A program made the position numbers and the translations under genes. A model generated the notes under the pieces. It was not told where the DNA came from. It saw nothing but the letters and a program-made list of their open reading frames with translations, and did not search any database. Positions 12,214 to 21,658 of a DNA stretch of 64,000 bases are shown piece by piece. Source of the DNA: an uncultured Alphaproteobacteria bacterium (GTDB lineage Bacteria > Pseudomonadota > Alphaproteobacteria > Rhizobiales > Beijerinckiaceae); contig CAWIHF010000029.1 in assembly GCA_963835885.1 (NCBI GenBank), positions 6,901 to 70,900 on the forward strand, in the 5' to 3' direction. How positions within the stretch are numbered: position 1 is the stretch's first letter; each line of letters begins with the position of its first letter.

Positions 12214-12987
12214 ATGTCCACGCCGATCGGGAAATTCGTCTGGTACGAATATATGGGCGACGATCTCAAGGCCGCGGTCGATTTCTATACCCATGTTCTT
12301 GGCTGGACGGCGCAGGACGGCGGGATGGCGGATTTCGAATATCAGATCGTCTCGGCCGGAGGGACGCCGGTCGCAGGAATGATGACCATTCCCGCCGACG
12401 CCAGGGCCATGGGCGCGAAGCCGGCGTGGATGGGCTATGTCTGGGTTGAAGACGTCGACGCCGCCCTGCCGAAACTGATGGCGGCCGGCGGAAAGGTGTT
12501 CAAGGCGCCCTCGGACATTCCCGGCGTCGGTCGTTGCGCGCTGGTCGCCGATCCATATGGGGGAACCTTCATGCTCTTCCGCGACTCGGACGGCAATCCG
12601 CCGCCGCCCGCGGCGCCGGGAGCGCCGGGCACGGTCGGCTGGCATGAGTTGCACGCCGACGACGGCGCCAAAGCCTTCGCCTTCTATTCCGACTTCTTCG
12701 GCTGGAACAAGGACGGCGAGTTCGACATGGGGCCGATCGGCGTCTACCACCTGTTCAACACCCGCCATGGCGAGCATGGGGGCATCATGACCCGCATGCC
12801 ACAAACTCCGATGGCGTTCTGGCTCTACTATTTCAACGTCGACAGCGCCGACGCCGCGGCCGAGCGGATCGCCGCGCGCGGCGGCCGGATCATCAACGGC
12901 CCGCACGAGGTGCCCGGCGGCCAATGGATCGTGCAGGCGCACGACCCGCAAGGGGCGATGTTCGCCGTGGTGGCGCCGAAGCAGTAA
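12214..12987 (+). CDS. VOC (glyoxalase/bleomycin resistance) family protein, two domains
   Basis: Duplicated FVWYE/VGWHEL...DP(Y/Q)G pattern; GGAGG RBS. Confidence 0.92.
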   Translation: MSTPIGKFVWYEYMGDDLKAAVDFYTHVLGWTAQDGGMADFEYQIVSAGGTPVAGMMTIPADARAMGAKPAWMGYVWVEDVDAALPKLMAAGGKVFKAPSDIPGVGRCALVADPYGGTFMLFRDSDGNPPPPAAPGAPGTVGWHELHADDGAKAFAFYSDFFGWNKDGEFDMGPIGVYHLFNTRHGEHGGIMTRMPQTPMAFWLYYFNVDSADAAAERIAARGGRIINGPHEVPGGQWIVQAHDPQGAMFAVVAPKQ

Positions 12988-13277
12988 CGGTCTCGCGGGC
13001 CTTACACAGGGACCCATTCCCCGCGAACAGTTCTCGCGTTCTTGGCTCCTCTGGCGCCCAATCGCTCGAAAAACACGAAGAATTCCAATGGGTCGCGGGC
13101 AAATTCCCGAGGCGGCGGAACAGGGAATTATTCGCCAAGAACAGAGGAATAAATGCGGCGAATGCCGCTGGAACAGGGAATACGCCGTAGGCGGCGACAG
13201 GGGTGTTCGGGCCGAGAGGAGTCGGGCGGCGCGGCTCGCGATGGAACTCCGCAAAACACAGCCAAAGGAGCGAACTG

Positions 13278-13637
13278 ATGCGCGTCATGGTCATCGTCAA
13301 AGCCACCAGCGATTCCGAAGCCGGCAAGATGCCGAGCCGCGAGCTCATCGCCGAGATGGGCACGTTCAACCAGGCGCTGATCGAGGCCGGGATCATGCTC
13401 GACGGCGGCGGCCTCAAGCCGACCAGCAAGGGCGCCCGCGTCGCCTTTTCCGACGCCGACCGCGCAGTGACCCAAGGCCCGTTCGGCGCCGTCGGCGAGC
13501 TCGTATCGGGTTACTGGATCTGGAAGGTCAAGGACCTCGACGAGGCGATCGACTGGGTCAAGCGCTGCCCCAATCCGATGCCCGGGCCCTCGACGACCGA
13601 AATCCGCGAGCTTTTGGAGATGGAGGATTTCGCCTGA
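13278..13637 (+). CDS. YciI family protein
   Basis: MRVMVIVKAT...GLKPTSKGARV...GYWIWKVKDLDEAIDWVKRCPNP. Confidence 0.92.
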   Translation: MRVMVIVKATSDSEAGKMPSRELIAEMGTFNQALIEAGIMLDGGGLKPTSKGARVAFSDADRAVTQGPFGAVGELVSGYWIWKVKDLDEAIDWVKRCPNPMPGPSTTEIRELLEMEDFA

Positions 13638-13680
13638 CGGCGCTCGCGGTCACGATCTTGGACACGTAATACGGATTTGG

Positions 13681-13725
13681 CAATTCGGTAAAGACGGTTC
13701 GGTAAAGACGGTCGCGTCACCGTAA
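13681..13725. repeat. Orphan RAYT-associated terminal motif
   Basis: CAATTCGGTAAAGACGG(14-bp tandem duplication)TCGCGTCACCGTAA matches 23612-23642, and its core is the reverse complement of 22507-22521. Confidence 0.7.
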
Positions 13726-13926
13726 GCCGGTAAACCGGGTGGGGAGTCGATCCGGCGTCCGGCCGCGCGGTCGCGGAGTATCAATCGGTTCTCAACAACG
13801 CGGCCTTCGGCGGGGCGACGCCGAGCGAGCCAAAGGCGACCTCGCCGGTCGATCCTCCGGTGCGCTATACTGGCCCGGCCAACACCGTCGCTGCTCCTTG
13901 TGAAGTTTGGCAATGCGAGCTTCGAT

Positions 13927-14871
13927 TCAATTCTTCGTCCAAATTGAACCATTGGACCATCGAATGGCGTTTGGAGGCTGAATCTGGCCCGTATACGTCT
14001 TGTCGTCGGGAAAACTTACCGAGATGGTCGAGGGATCAACCACCGACCCCTTTGCGTTGGGACGACCAAAAGCGGACATATCAACCAGGATCGACACACA
14101 CTGCGCCTGCCCGCACGCTGGTCCTTGGTAAATATGCGCGCTCCGGGGGCTCCCGTCGGTCCAATTGCCGTTCAGATCCATCTGGGTCCCTCGGTCCATA
14201 ACTTGCCAGAAATTCTGCGCCGGGTTGTTCGACGTGCAATGGTACTGCTGCAACTGGGCGCCGTCGGCTGAGGAGCCCCCTTTGACGTCCAAGCAGAGAT
14301 CGCTGTTGACGTTCCTTATCTTCAACGCGCCCGGGAAGTCGCCTGGTGAGGTGTACCAGACCATGCTGCGGGCACTGCTGTTGCGACATGTCCATTGCTG
14401 AACGACCGCCCCGTCGTTCTTTGCGCCGTCCCGGACATCGAGGCACAGGTTGATGGTGGAAGTGGTCACGCCCTGGGTCGTGACGATAAAGTTCTCGATG
14501 AAGAACCCTTGAGCGCCCAATTTGATGCAAGTGGGACAATACCACGGCGGCTGGCCGTTGTAGATGACATAGCCGAGCGGCTGGAACTGGTAGGACTGGA
14601 TGGTCGGGAGGTTGGGGTTGAAGGGGTCGCAACTGCGCTGTTGGATAAGCAGTCCGGCCCAGTCGCTGTGGCCGTCTTGTGCGGTCGGCTCGAAACACTT
14701 GTCGCTTCCGACATTGATCAGCGGGATAAAGAAGCTGATCACGGGGCACGTGGCGTTTTGGGTCGTCGATGGCGACAAGCAGTCGTCAGCGCTCGCCGGC
14801 GGCGACGTCCCGACGATCAGGGGAACAACAACGAAGCCCACTTTCGCCATTACGGATAGGAATGCACGCAT
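13927..14871 (-). CDS. Secreted ricin-B (RICIN) lectin-domain protein with an unknown C-terminal domain
   Basis: Signal-peptide-like N-terminus; ricin repeats NLCLDVRDGAKNDGAVVQQWTC and LCLDVKGGSSADGAQLQQYHC...QNFW. Confidence 0.85.
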   Translation of the reverse strand: MRAFLSVMAKVGFVVVPLIVGTSPPASADDCLSPSTTQNATCPVISFFIPLINVGSDKCFEPTAQDGHSDWAGLLIQQRSCDPFNPNLPTIQSYQFQPLGYVIYNGQPPWYCPTCIKLGAQGFFIENFIVTTQGVTTSTINLCLDVRDGAKNDGAVVQQWTCRNSSARSMVWYTSPGDFPGALKIRNVNSDLCLDVKGGSSADGAQLQQYHCTSNNPAQNFWQVMDRGTQMDLNGNWTDGSPRSAHIYQGPACGQAQCVSILVDMSAFGRPNAKGSVVDPSTISVSFPDDKTYTGQIQPPNAIRWSNGSIWTKN

Positions 14872-14955
14872 AGCTCGCCGTCCTAATGTTCAATTTCCCG
14901 AAAAGCTCTACCCTTGTTATCTGAATCACAGTGACGCCGTGGTCCTCGCCAAACA

Positions 14956-16809
14956 TCATTCGATCACCGGCGGCGCAATAAATACGATCCTGCCGAGCAA
15001 GGTGATGTTGTACCCGAGCCGGTAAATCCAGGCGTCGGAATCGCTCACCGCCAAATCGGCGTTGACGCCGGAGAAGAGGTTGCCTACCGGCTGTTTTGTC
15101 ACGATGTCCGTTCCGCTGTCGAAAGCGTTGGGGCGCCACACGTTCACGGCGTAGCCGGCGTTGATGGATTGGGCCTGATCGAAGATCGCACTCAAGGACA
15201 CGAACGGCGACCACTCGTCGAGCGCGAACCTCACGAGATAATCTTGGCCGGCCACGCCGGTCGGCCTCGGAATCCCGTACTGCGCGATGGCCCAGTTCAG
15301 CGGGCCGGACGTGGCCCCGGGCACGTCCGAACCCGCCATGTCCGGCTCGAACGACACGGTTTGCTGGTTCCAGCCGCCGCTGTTGTCGCCCCTCTGGTCC
15401 GCGATCACGACGCCGGAGAGAACGAGTAGCCATTTCTGCTGGATGATGGATTGCGGCGGCGCCTGTCCCACCGCCAGCGCGGCGGGGACGATGAGCCAAT
15501 TCTGCCCGGCGAACGTAGTCAGGAATTTCATGGCGTTAAACCTCCTGTAGCGGAGCAGCGCGGCGTGGTTGTCCACGCGCAAAGTCGGGGGGTTGGGGTG
15601 AAAAACGGTGTCGCGGGACCGCCGCCAAACCCAAGGATCGAATTGCGCCAGCGGGATCCAGCCTGCGCATTCCACGTTAAAGCCCGGGCCGCCTGACCCA
15701 TCGATCTCCCCGGCGAGATCGTTCTGCCGCCAAACGATGCGCAGGAACGTGTTCGCCAATCGGACAAAGAGCGATGGGTCGAGCGGCACGCGCTCGAGGC
15801 GCCCGGCGCGCGACAGCAGTGCGTCGATGCGAATCTGCGCGTCGAGAATGACGGCGAGGCACCCCAACTCGAACTGGGCGTGCGGGATGTCTTCCGGCCG
15901 GTCCCTCCCCTGGTAATGCCATTGCGTGTAGGGCGTGCCGTCGGAAAGCGTCTGAGCGCTGAAGTCCGCGACGCGGTAAGCGACGATCTTCGCCACGACA
16001 AGCGGCAATTCCACCGTCGCCAGTTGCAGGAGCTGAGGCGTCGCATCGCCCGATGCGCGATAGGCCGCGCTGTCGGCCGCCGGCGCCAACTCCGCCAACG
16101 CCTGAACCATCGCCAGATTTTCGTTGTAGGCGATCGGCTGGCCGGCGCCGGCGCGATATCCTTCGCAACTGTGCGCGTTCGAGGTGGATCCGTCGGCGCA
16201 ATGCAAGCCGCTGGCGCAGGTGAGGCTCGCGTACGCCAAGGGAAGATTGTAGAAGGCGTGCGGGTCCGCATCGACGAAATGCAGCTCCTGCCGGAACGCT
16301 TGGTAGGTCTCCAAGGCCGCCGTCACCAAGGCGACCGCTTGGTTCTCGAATTGAGGATATTGTGCCGGCCAGTCGAGGACGCGCCGCGCGAAGGCGGCCA
16401 TCGCATAGACGAACAGTCCGGACGTGCTGACGTCCGTGTTCCATTGGCAATCGCGGTCGTTGGTGATTCCGCCCCACGCCGGCATGACGCGGCCGCGAAA
16501 CGGATCGACCGGAAAACCACGCTTATCGTCGCGGTTCGCCAACAACGCGCCGGCGATGGCCCCCAAGCGGCTGAGATAGGTCGTGGCCCGCACCAGATCG
16601 AGCGGCGCCACCAGATCAACCATCTGCGCTAAAGCGGCCGTCATTTGCCCGATTTCCCAGTAGCCGGGCTTATGGACGCCGTCGAATTGCCCCGCGATCC
16701 CTTGGGCTTCCGCGGCGTCGGTGGCGGCGAAATAGCCCGAATGCAAGAAGAAGGTATCGGCGTCGGCCAGAACCGTCGCTGGGTCGTTTGCTTCACCGAT
16801 GGTCGTCAT
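14956..16809 (-). CDS. Uncharacterised 617-aa protein: helical N-terminal region plus beta-rich C-terminal domain
   Basis: Long intact ORF with AAGGAG RBS, co-oriented between two lectin genes; no signal peptide; no confidently recognised family. Confidence 0.8.
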   Translation of the reverse strand: MTTIGEANDPATVLADADTFFLHSGYFAATDAAEAQGIAGQFDGVHKPGYWEIGQMTAALAQMVDLVAPLDLVRATTYLSRLGAIAGALLANRDDKRGFPVDPFRGRVMPAWGGITNDRDCQWNTDVSTSGLFVYAMAAFARRVLDWPAQYPQFENQAVALVTAALETYQAFRQELHFVDADPHAFYNLPLAYASLTCASGLHCADGSTSNAHSCEGYRAGAGQPIAYNENLAMVQALAELAPAADSAAYRASGDATPQLLQLATVELPLVVAKIVAYRVADFSAQTLSDGTPYTQWHYQGRDRPEDIPHAQFELGCLAVILDAQIRIDALLSRAGRLERVPLDPSLFVRLANTFLRIVWRQNDLAGEIDGSGGPGFNVECAGWIPLAQFDPWVWRRSRDTVFHPNPPTLRVDNHAALLRYRRFNAMKFLTTFAGQNWLIVPAALAVGQAPPQSIIQQKWLLVLSGVVIADQRGDNSGGWNQQTVSFEPDMAGSDVPGATSGPLNWAIAQYGIPRPTGVAGQDYLVRFALDEWSPFVSLSAIFDQAQSINAGYAVNVWRPNAFDSGTDIVTKQPVGNLFSGVNADLAVSDSDAWIYRLGYNITLLGRIVFIAPPVIE

Positions 16810-16889
16810 CCTGACGCTCCTTCACTTTGGCCCGAGGGGCGGGAAGGCGCATGCCGTTCAACGCCTGCGCCGTTAGGGACGATACGCGA

Positions 16890-17358
16890 TCATCCCGGAG
16901 GGCGGTTCCTTTGTTGCTCGACGCCGCCCGTGCAGGAGCGCAGTTCCATCGGCAAGCCCTCCCCAGCGCCTGGCGTCGCGACGCAGTGGCCGAACGTGTT
17001 GGAGATTCCGGACGACAACAGGTTGTTGGTGATGCCATAGCTCCAATTCTCGTTGGTGACCGTGTTGCACGGCCATTGCTGGATGGGGGTTCGACGGCCT
17101 TGCCGCGGACTTTTGTCGTCACGCTTGCGGGCGCCAGCCATTGCTGCGCGACGCTCCCGTCCCAGGTCTGCTGAACGATGGCCACGATGGCCACGCCCCG
17201 GTCTGACGACCCGCCCCGCGGTTGCAAGCATTTTTCGCTCGACACGCTCACAAGTTTGACGATCAGGTCTTCGGCGTGCGCCGGCTGCGCGGCTGACATG
17301 CAGGCCGAGCAGGCAAACGCTGCGACCAAGGCCAGAGCGAATGGATAAGATTTCGCAT
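16890..17358 (-). pseudogene. Secreted ricin-B lectin protein, disrupted (frameshifts, 9-bp duplication, probable internal deletion)
   Basis: GGAGG RBS and ATG at 17358; signal peptide ending AHA; SSEKCLQP...IVQQTW...QQW, then IQQWPCN...ENW and HCV...LRSC in different frames; GTGGCCATC duplicated. Confidence 0.7.
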
Positions 17359-17669
17359 GTCCTCCCCTTTCTTGGTCCGCCGGTTGGTGCCGTTCCGCAA
17401 CTATCTACTCAACCGAACATCCACCGGATGGAGGCCAAGTAATCACGGCCTCCTGAGAATTTCCTTGTATAAAAACACTCTATTTTCGACAAGGTCCGCT
17501 GCCGAAAGCTCAGGCAATAAGCATGACCTTGGTTTTTAGTCATTATTTCAGTATTGATTGAATGTCTGTGACGGAGATCACACACCGTAAGGTCGATGCC
17601 TGAAAAGACGTCGCCGAACCTCGACGGCGGCCTCGCACCGGCCGTCGTCGATCCGTCAGTGTCAAACTG

Positions 17670-17924
17670 TCAGTATTGATCGTAGTGGTGGTGATAGCGG
17701 TGATAGGCGTAGCCGCGATGATAGCGTCTGTGATTGGTCACCGAGTTTCCGATTGCCGCGCCGCCGACGCCGCCCACGACCGCGCCGACCGGTCCGCCAA
17801 CAACGGCCCCGGCGACAGCGCCGCCGACCGCTCCAGTTACCGTGCCGCCTTCGTCGGCAAAGGCAATTTGCGACGAGGCGCAGATTAACACCGCAACCGA
17901 AAGAGCAATAATCATTCTGGACAT
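17670..17924 (-). CDS. Small secreted glycine-zipper protein with a His/Tyr/Arg-rich tail
   Basis: GGAGG RBS, signal peptide, GAVGGAVAGAVVGGPVGAVVGG, tail HRRYHRGYAYHRYHHHYDQY. Confidence 0.8.
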   Translation of the reverse strand: MSRMIIALSVAVLICASSQIAFADEGGTVTGAVGGAVAGAVVGGPVGAVVGGVGGAAIGNSVTNHRRYHRGYAYHRYHHHYDQY

Positions 17925-18377
17925 AGAGACCTCCTGGGATTCGGCGTAACGCGCCGTGCCTCTTTGCCGGTTAGTCTTCAAATGGACCGAGCGGTAAGGG
18001 TCGGAATCTACTCAGAGCGGCGCTTTGCCGCGTCGACGGTTGCGGCCTCGAAGCAACCATGGTGGCCGTCCGCGCCACAAGCCGCGGACTCATGGGGGCA
18101 GGCATAATCATCGCATCATGCGCCCTGATGAGATTTCAATCGATCGGCCGGCGCGATCAATCTGGGCGCAATTCCTGCGCAGCGCGAAGCGCGGCGTCAG
18201 CCTTCCCGGGCGGAGGATTCGGCCATGCCAAGGAAATGGCGGGTCGCCGGCGTCCAGCCCGTCGTGGCGAGCGACGATTCCAGGATCGGAACCTGCTCTA
18301 GCGTAAGATGAGTATTTTCCGAACCTATCGCAGCTTTGCGACATCAGCCACGTTCTATGTTGACCTTGGAGGTTCAA

Positions 18378-18818
18378 ATGAAGAATTTCTTGTGGGCCGG
18401 ATTCGGCATCGCGACGACACTATTGATTCTGTCCGCACCCGCCTCGTCGCAGGGCCTTTACGGCGCAGGCCACCCTCGCGTGGGTCATAGTTATGCTGGT
18501 CACCGCCCGGCGCGATCTCAATATCATTATCGCGGCTATGCGCACGGTCAGAGCCGGGGATATGGCGTTGGGGCCGGCGTCGCCGCCCTAGCGGCGAGCG
18601 CACTAATCGGTGGGGCCATCGCTTCTCAGAACCAGGGCTACTATCCCGCTGAGACTTATCCTGTCTATGCGGATCCAGGATACGGGTATAACGACGCCGC
18701 ACCCGCAGTTTATGACAACGGCGGTTCCATCGCGTACTGCGAACAGACTTACAGGTCGTACGATCCCGCCAGTGGGACCTATCTTGGCTACGACGGGTTT
18801 CGGCATCCTTGTCCATAA
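18378..18818 (+). CDS. BA14K family protein
   Basis: Signal peptide; C-terminal YCEQTYRSYDPASGTYLGYDGFRHPCP; GGAGG RBS. Confidence 0.92.
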   Translation: MKNFLWAGFGIATTLLILSAPASSQGLYGAGHPRVGHSYAGHRPARSQYHYRGYAHGQSRGYGVGAGVAALAASALIGGAIASQNQGYYPAETYPVYADPGYGYNDAAPAVYDNGGSIAYCEQTYRSYDPASGTYLGYDGFRHPCP

Positions 18819-19298
18819 TCGGCTGGAGCTGTTCGGAATGCTCGATCGGCGGTCAAAACGATGATGTAAGCGACGGACTTTCGCCCCGACCGCTGAACGC
18901 GGAGGGAATGTTCCTCGCGTATCGGCTGATAGCGAAAAGACAGTCGAAGTGAAGCGAGAGTAAATGTTTAAGGTCTCGCAGATTACGTTAACAGGACTGA
19001 CAAGCGTAATCATGCTTGCCATTGGCCTAGGCTTCGTTTTTCCGGTGAGCGGCGCCGTCGGCGCCGTATGCGACGTTTCGGCCGTCGCGTCGGGCGTCTT
19101 TTTTGTCGGGATGCTTGATGGCGAGTAGAGCTATGGCCGCACCCTCGGCGCGGAGACCCCGATAGGGGCAAGAACCACAATCATCGGCTTGGCGCTTGCC
19201 CCGTTCAAGACGTCGCAGATAGAACGTGCGATCCCGAACTTCGCTTGGTCAATTGCCTTCCCGCAGTGTCGGGGCCACTTGACGACGGGACTATGCTA

Positions 19299-20355
19299 GA
19301 GCGGTATCCGAACGGATTGAATTGGTTGGGGGATTCCCGAATCGGCTAATTTCTGCTTCCTCATTCGCGCCGCGAGAGGGAGGCGGCGGGGATGGCTGTT
19401 TCCGACGATCTTCGCGAGCGCGTGGTCGAGGCGGTGGTGTTGGGCGGGTTGTCGCGCAATCAGGCGGCCGCGCGTTTCAAAGTGAGCGTCGCGAGCGCCG
19501 TGCGCTGGGTGAAGCGGTTCAATACCACGGGCGAGATTTCGCCGACGCCTTCCGGGGGCGATCGGCGCTCCGGCCGGATCGAGGCGCATCGCGACTATCT
19601 CTTGGGCCTGATCCGGCGCAGGCCGGACATCACGCTGCTCGAGATAAAGGAACAGCTGATCGGCAATTGCGGCGAGCGCTTTGCGGTCTCCGTGCTGTGG
19701 CGTTTCTTCGACCGTCACGAGATCACCTTTAAAAAAACGGCGCACGCCGAGGAACAACAACGCGCGGACGTGCAAAATCGACGCCGGGAATGGTTCGCAG
19801 GGCAGCTCGATCTCGATCCGACGAAACTGGTTTTCATTGACGAGACGGGAGCCTCCACCAATCTCGCGCGCAAAAGCGGACGTTGCCGGCGCGGGCGCCG
19901 CTTGCGGGCCGCCATCCCGCACAGTCACTACAAAACGGTAATGTTGGTCGCCGGCCTTCGCCTTCGCGGCCTGACGGCGGCAAAGACTTTCGACGGACCG
20001 ATCAACGCCGCCCGGTTCGAGGATTGGCTGGAGACATGCCTCGTGCCCACCCTCTCGCCCGGCGAGACCGTCGTCATGGACAATCTCCCCGCTCACAAGG
20101 GGCCGCGGGTCGAGCAACTGATCAAGGCGGCGGGCGCGCAGTTGCGATATCTCCCGGCCTACAGTCCTGATATGAACCCCATCGAAAAAGCCTTCTCCAA
20201 GCTCAAAGCCTTCCTGCGCAAAATCGCCGAACGGACCGTCTCGGGCCTGATGCGCGCACTCGAAACCTGCGCCGAAATCTTCCACCCCTCCGAATGTACA
20301 AATTACTTCAAATCCTGTGGTTATCTGGACGATACAGGATGATCGGATTCCGCTC
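19299..20355 (+). mobile_element. IS630-family element; transposase ORF 19392-20342
   Basis: Imperfect terminal IRs GAGCGG(T/A)ATCCGA, preceded by TA and followed by TTA; HTH plus DDE motifs VFIDET, VVMDNLPAHK and LPAYSPDMNPIE. Confidence 0.93.
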
Positions 20356-21495
20356 TTAAGCGCCGTTTTCTCGGTCGCTCCAGCTATACATCGGCGGGGC
20401 TATCGGGTGGCTGTTGAACAGGGTGTGGATTGAGCTTTGGCCGAAGGAGGCTGCGCGCCGCCGCTCGCCTGCCGGGATTTGGGCCGCCTCGCGAAATGAC
20501 ACGAGCCGTCCCTTGTCCTCGTCCCACAGCGCCAATCGGACACAGGCGAAGCTCTTCCATAGACTGAGCCGGCCGACCTCGCCGAGCGCGGGATGGTTCC
20601 GCAACACCTCCGGAAGCCGATAGAAGGGAATGCCGCTCGCAAGGTGATGCACGTGATGCACGCCGATATTGGCGGAAAACCAGCGCAGCGGCGGCGGCAG
20701 GCGATAATAGGAACTGCCGTGCAACGCCGCCTCGGGCTGGCTCCAGTCCGCCGCGGCGCGCCACGTCGTCCGCTCGAACTGATGCTGCACGTAGAACAGC
20801 CAGACGCCGGCGGTCGCGGCGAACACGATGATCGGAAGAGCGACCACAAGAAACGCCGCAAGGCCCACGCTCCAGATGAGGAGGCCCGCTCCCAGCAGGA
20901 TGCCCGCGTTGGTCGTCATCGTGCTGACCCATGGCATGGCGCCCTTGCGCATGAAGCCGAAAGGCAAGCGGTTCGCGATCAGGAACAGATAGGCCGGGCC
21001 GATCCCGAACATCACCAGGGGATGGCGATAGAGCCGGTAGCCGACCCGCCCGAGCCAGTTGTGTGCCAAATATTCGCGAACCGTCAGCGTCTTGATGTCG
21101 CCGATGCCGCGCCGGTCGAGATTGCCCGATGTCGCATGATGGATCGCATGGCAGCGTCGCCAGTGATCGTAGGGGGTCATCGTCACGACGCCGATCGCCC
21201 GACCGATCCAGTCGTTTGCGGCTTTGCTCGGCAGGAACGAGCCGTGCCCGCAATCGTGTTGGATCATGAAGAGGCGAACAAGCAGCCCAGCCGCTAGCGG
21301 CGCCATGGCGAACGAAATCCAGACTTGGCCATCGCGTGCGGCGATCAGCATCGCGGCCGAGAGCGCAACGAAAGGCAGGACGGTGACCGCAAGCTCGAAG
21401 AGGCCCCGCGCCGCGCTCGCCCGGCGATAGGGAGCGAGCGCCTGCGCCCAGTCGCGCGCCGCCTTCGTTGCATGATGCATTTCCACCGTCGACAT
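20356..21495 (-). CDS. Membrane fatty acid desaturase
   Basis: His boxes HDCGH, HAIHH and HHVHH, plus YVQHQF. Confidence 0.93.
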   Translation of the reverse strand: MSTVEMHHATKAARDWAQALAPYRRASAARGLFELAVTVLPFVALSAAMLIAARDGQVWISFAMAPLAAGLLVRLFMIQHDCGHGSFLPSKAANDWIGRAIGVVTMTPYDHWRRCHAIHHATSGNLDRRGIGDIKTLTVREYLAHNWLGRVGYRLYRHPLVMFGIGPAYLFLIANRLPFGFMRKGAMPWVSTMTTNAGILLGAGLLIWSVGLAAFLVVALPIIVFAATAGVWLFYVQHQFERTTWRAAADWSQPEAALHGSSYYRLPPPLRWFSANIGVHHVHHLASGIPFYRLPEVLRNHPALGEVGRLSLWKSFACVRLALWDEDKGRLVSFREAAQIPAGERRRAASFGQSSIHTLFNSHPIAPPMYSWSDRENGA

Positions 21496-21658
21496 TCGCG
21501 CCTGGCGATTTCAAGTTTTGCGTTGGACCGCGGCGCACTTGGAATCAGGGAAGGCCGCATATCGTCGCGCCGGGAGCAGGCGCCGACATTGGCTTTCGCA
21601 CCGGGGCCGTGAGTTAGATCCGGCGCCCCCGGATTGCCGAGCCCGCGCGTGGCCTCTG

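Noticed and set aside
19020-19290. Gene disrupted by IS630 on its left side
   Set aside because: No recognisable reading frame on either strand.
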